Assembly (NCBI GenBank): GCA_030141605.1
Contig: JAQGDQ010000858.1
Span: 23,151 to 87,150 of the forward strand
Direction: 5' to 3'
Source: Tubiluchus corallicola
Lineage: Eukaryota > Animalia > Priapulida
Length of the DNA: 64,000 nt
Below the pieces are notes generated by a model, which saw nothing but the letters and a program-made list of their open reading frames with translations, searched no databases and was not told where the DNA came from. Shown here piece after piece: positions 61,292 through 64,000 of the stretch; position 1 is the first letter of the stretch; each line of letters opens with the position of its first letter. The position numbers and the translations under genes were made by a program.

Positions 61292-62683
61292 ATGAGCAAA
61301 ATGCAGAGAACTATAAAAGAGCCGGTTTCCATAAAAGGGAAAGGTCTTCATACAGGAGTAAATGTGAATATGGTAGTGATGCCCGCTCCTGAAAATCACG
61401 GGTTTAAATTCAAGAGAACTGATATAAAAAAACATCCTGTAATTGATGCGATAGTTACAAATGTGAAAGGTACAGAAAGAGGTACCATGTTGACAAGCGG
61501 AGGGGTGTCAGTAAGCACAATTGAGCATACAATGGCCGCACTCGTTGGGGCAGATATGGACAATGCCCTTATTGAGATTGACGGGCCTGAAGCTCCAATT
61601 ATGGATGGCAGCTCTGCTCCTATATACAACGCCTTGGCAAAAACCGGAACAGTAGAGCAAAATGCGCCAAGAGAATATTTAAATATCAAAAAAGAGCTCA
61701 CCTATAAAAGCAAAAAGGATTGTGGTGAAATAATTGTCCTCCCCAGTGATGATTTTCGTCTAGATGTGATGATATCTTACAACTCCGTTGTATTAGGGAA
61801 TCAGTACGCATCAATTAACAGCATGGATGAGTTTGCAACTGAGATAGCACCATGCAGAACATTTGTGTTTGTCCGTGAACTTGAAGCTCTTCTGAAAAAC
61901 AATCTTGTTAAAGGAGGAGAACTTGACAATGCGATTGTCATAATGGATAAAAAATATCCCCAGGAAGAGCTGGATCGTATAGCAAGCCTATTCAACCATG
62001 AGCGAGTCAAACCAGACCGTATCGGCATTCTAAATAACGTAAAACTTAAATTCAAAAATGAGTGCGCCCGCCACAAACTACTGGATGTAATTGGAGACTT
62101 GTCCCTATTAGGAAAGCGTATTAAGGGGCATGTTATAGCCAAGTGTCCAGGGCATGACTTGAATATCGAGTTTGGTAAAATGGTTTTAAAAGAGCTTAAA
62201 AGTCTGAACTCAATAAAGAGCCCACCAAGCTATGACCCAAACTCAAAACCACTATACGACATAAACAGTATCAAGAAAATGCTGCCCCACCGCTTTCCAT
62301 TTTTGCTTGTAGATAAAGTAATGGAAGTGGGGGAAGACCATATTATTGGCATAAAAAATGTTTCTGTAAATGAATCTTTTTTCACTGGACACTTTCCTGA
62401 TGAACCAGTTATGCCTGGCGTGCTGCTCGTTGAAGCAATGGCTCAGTGTGGAGGTATATTTGTTATTAGCTCCCTTCCGGAAGATAACGAATATTCAACC
62501 TATTTTATGAAACTTGATAATATTAAGTTTAGGAAAAAAGTTGTGCCGGGCGATACTATTATATTCAAACTAAAGCTAACTGCGCCTATCAGAAGGGGTG
62601 TGGCAAATATGAAGGGATATGCTTTTGTAGGAGATGATATCGTATGTGAAGGAGAATTTATGGCGCTGATAACAAAGCAATAA
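61292..62683 (+). CDS. lpxC: Bifunctional LpxC deacetylase / FabZ dehydratase
   Basis: QRT, GLHTG, TIEH, E.PI.DGS, RTF, HK.LD..GDL, then LPHR.PFLLVD, F.GHFP..PVMPGV...EAMAQ. Confidence 0.95.
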   Translation: MSKMQRTIKEPVSIKGKGLHTGVNVNMVVMPAPENHGFKFKRTDIKKHPVIDAIVTNVKGTERGTMLTSGGVSVSTIEHTMAALVGADMDNALIEIDGPEAPIMDGSSAPIYNALAKTGTVEQNAPREYLNIKKELTYKSKKDCGEIIVLPSDDFRLDVMISYNSVVLGNQYASINSMDEFATEIAPCRTFVFVRELEALLKNNLVKGGELDNAIVIMDKKYPQEELDRIASLFNHERVKPDRIGILNNVKLKFKNECARHKLLDVIGDLSLLGKRIKGHVIAKCPGHDLNIEFGKMVLKELKSLNSIKSPPSYDPNSKPLYDINSIKKMLPHRFPFLLVDKVMEVGEDHIIGIKNVSVNESFFTGHFPDEPVMPGVLLVEAMAQCGGIFVISSLPEDNEYSTYFMKLDNIKFRKKVVPGDTIIFKLKLTAPIRRGVANMKGYAFVGDDIVCEGEFMALITKQ

Positions 62684-62835
62684 AATAATTGCTCTACCTG
62701 CACAAGGTTTATTTTATCGCTTGAACACAGTATTGCTAAATGTTCATTCTGAAAACAATCTTATGCATTAAGTATATAATTGGCTAACTGATAGTTACAA
62801 GCTCAAAATAGCCTGCTTGTATCCCGTATCAGAAC

Positions 62836-62964
62836 AACCCCTCTGCGAGGTGGAAAATTTTGGCTCAGATTGAGAACGCCTGATAAAAATAGCAGATTAT
62901 CGGTGTAAATGATGGTTTTGAAGATAGTTTTGATGAAAAAATCAATAAAAAGAAGAGGTTTGCG
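62836..62964 (+). repeat. Dispersed long-hairpin element, strongly diverged copy within the lpx cluster
   Basis: CCCTCTGC ... TTTTGGCTCAGATTGAG ... AGCAGATTATCGGTGTAAATGATGGTTTTGAAGATAGTTTTGATGAAAA ... AATAAAAAGAAGAGGTTTGC. Confidence 0.6.
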
Positions 62965-63087
62965 TTTACATAGATAGCCGCATCTGTTTTTTTACAGGAT
63001 ATGGGCTTATGTTGGCTGATAAAGCCAAAACATATAGTTTGCAGTTTTTTTAAATATGAATTTCACTTAAATAAATTATTTAAACTA

Positions 63088-63864
63088 ATGAAACAGTCAT
63101 TAGCATATATTCACCCTAAGGCTGAGATTGGTAGCAATGTTACTATCAACCCATTCACTACTATAAATGAAGATGTAGTCATTGGTGATGGGACATATAT
63201 CAGTTCCAATGTTACAATTCTTTCTGGAAGCAGAATAGGGAAAAATTGCCAAATACACTCAGGAGCAGTAATTGGCGGCGAGCCACAGGACTTAAAATAC
63301 AAAGGAGAGTATACCACTGCCGAAGTTGGTGATAACACCGTGATACGTGAGTATGTAACACTGAATAAGGGCACTGCGGCTAAGGGAAAAACAGTTATTG
63401 GAAAGAATTGCCTCATTATGGCCTATGTGCATATTGCACACGACTGTGTTGTTGGCGATCATGTTATTCTTGTCAACTCCGTAGGCCTTGCCGGAGAAGT
63501 TATTGTAGATGAATGGGCTATATTAAGTGCCAACACACTTGTACACCAGTTTTGCCATATAGGAAAGCATGCGATGCTGGCAGGCGGTTCATTGGTTAGA
63601 AAAGATATACCTCCATACATTAAGGGGGGGAGAGAGCCTTTAGCCTATGTGGGGGTTAACTCCATCGGGCTGCGTCGCAGAGGGTTTACCAATGCAAAAA
63701 TACGAGAGATTCAGGACATCTATCGTATAATCTACCAAAAGGGCTATAATAACACCGAGGCAATAGATGTTATAGAGAGAGAACTTCCCGCATCACAGGA
63801 ACGAGATGATATTCTTATTTTTCTAAAGGATTCAAAAAGAGGATTGATTAAAGGCTACGAATAA
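63088..63864 (+). CDS. lpxA: UDP-N-acetylglucosamine O-acyltransferase
   Basis: IHP.A, PQDLKY.GE, IRE.VT..GT, MAY.H.AHDC, HQF, N..GLRRRGF; probable start ATG 63088. Confidence 0.96.
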   Translation: MKQSLAYIHPKAEIGSNVTINPFTTINEDVVIGDGTYISSNVTILSGSRIGKNCQIHSGAVIGGEPQDLKYKGEYTTAEVGDNTVIREYVTLNKGTAAKGKTVIGKNCLIMAYVHIAHDCVVGDHVILVNSVGLAGEVIVDEWAILSANTLVHQFCHIGKHAMLAGGSLVRKDIPPYIKGGREPLAYVGVNSIGLRRRGFTNAKIREIQDIYRIIYQKGYNNTEAIDVIERELPASQERDDILIFLKDSKRGLIKGYE

Positions 63865-63888
63865 TAGCCTCTTGTAGCACTATCTCAT

Positions 63889-64000
63889 AAACTGTGTAAA
63901 TAGAAAATGCCGAGGGTTGCAACCCTCGGCATTTTTTTGTTTAATTTTAAAACTTTAGACAGTAATGAAAAAAGAAGATTTATTAAATGATGATTTCCTT
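63889..64000 (+). mobile_element. Probable left end of an IS256-family element; transposase start at 63965 (MKKEDLLNDDFL...), truncated by the window edge
   Basis: The 12-aa N-terminus resembles Bacteroidota IS256 transposases as I recall them; it is preceded by an AACTGTGTAAATAG end-like sequence. Only 12 codons are visible. Confidence 0.55.
63904..63938 (+). terminator. Strong palindromic hairpin with T7 tail after lpxA
   Basis: AAAATGCCGAGGGTT-GC-AACCCTCGGCATTTTTTT. Confidence 0.8.

Noticed and set aside
16700-62964. Repeat family interpreted as a CRISPR array
   Set aside because: Units are ~135 bp, dispersed and diverged, with no regular spacers and no cas genes
63001-63087. N-terminal extensions given by the ORF track for lpxA (also parE, thiL, nadC, 51413, 52158, 57299)
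   Set aside because: Downstream ATGs fit family N-termini and promoter positions better
284-63416. Numerous short ORFs in the track that are antisense to or nested within long genes (e.g. 2151-2642, 7526-8164, 20679-21287, 39204-39665)
   Set aside because: Shadow ORFs of well-supported genes, with no recognisable motifs
60000-64000. Apparent rise in G/T on the plus strand suggesting a replication skew switch
   Set aside because: Largely explained by Gly/Val-rich hexapeptide repeats in lpxD and lpxA; cannot be supported without computing skew

Overview
Chromosomal window from a Bacteroidota bacterium, probably Bacteroidales/Marinilabiliales-like. The assignment rests on TAnnTTTG promoters, fused lpxC-fabZ, EF-G2 and a T9SS type-B CTD protein. 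The genes are mostly housekeeping: TPR/OMP/coaX/nadC/nadB, an RND efflux trio, pyrC, a Dpm1-like GT2, mdh, parE-parC-aroK, a flippase, glutaminyl cyclase, purL, queG, sufBCDSE-sufT, thiL, tatD, ansA, pruA, yqgE, holA, amn, recR, fusA2, uvrD/pcrA and lpxD-lpxC/fabZ-lpxA. No rRNA, tRNA or CRISPR array was seen. The unusual features are non-coding or mobile. (1) An IS1634-family element (23743-25389) is flanked by an exact 591-bp direct repeat. One junction lies inside aroK, yet the gene stays intact, and the transposase carries two homopolymer frameshifts. (2) A diverged family of ~130-140-bp long-hairpin elements (GAGACCTTTGCA-type ends, CCGCAG-TTTAC-loop-GTAAA-TGAGG core, reminiscent of Rickettsia RPE-1) occurs as about 11 orientable copies or fragments. 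All are on the + strand; one forms the predicted purL 5' leader and another offers an in-frame ATG to ansA. (3) A decayed accessory patch at 13.9-16.7 kb holds a cassette-like methyltransferase pseudogene and an IS1182 remnant. (4) A PabC-like protein appears to lack its catalytic lysine. (5) A terminator-like hairpin lies in the fusA2 leader. All family assignments come from reading motifs by eye, not from database searches.
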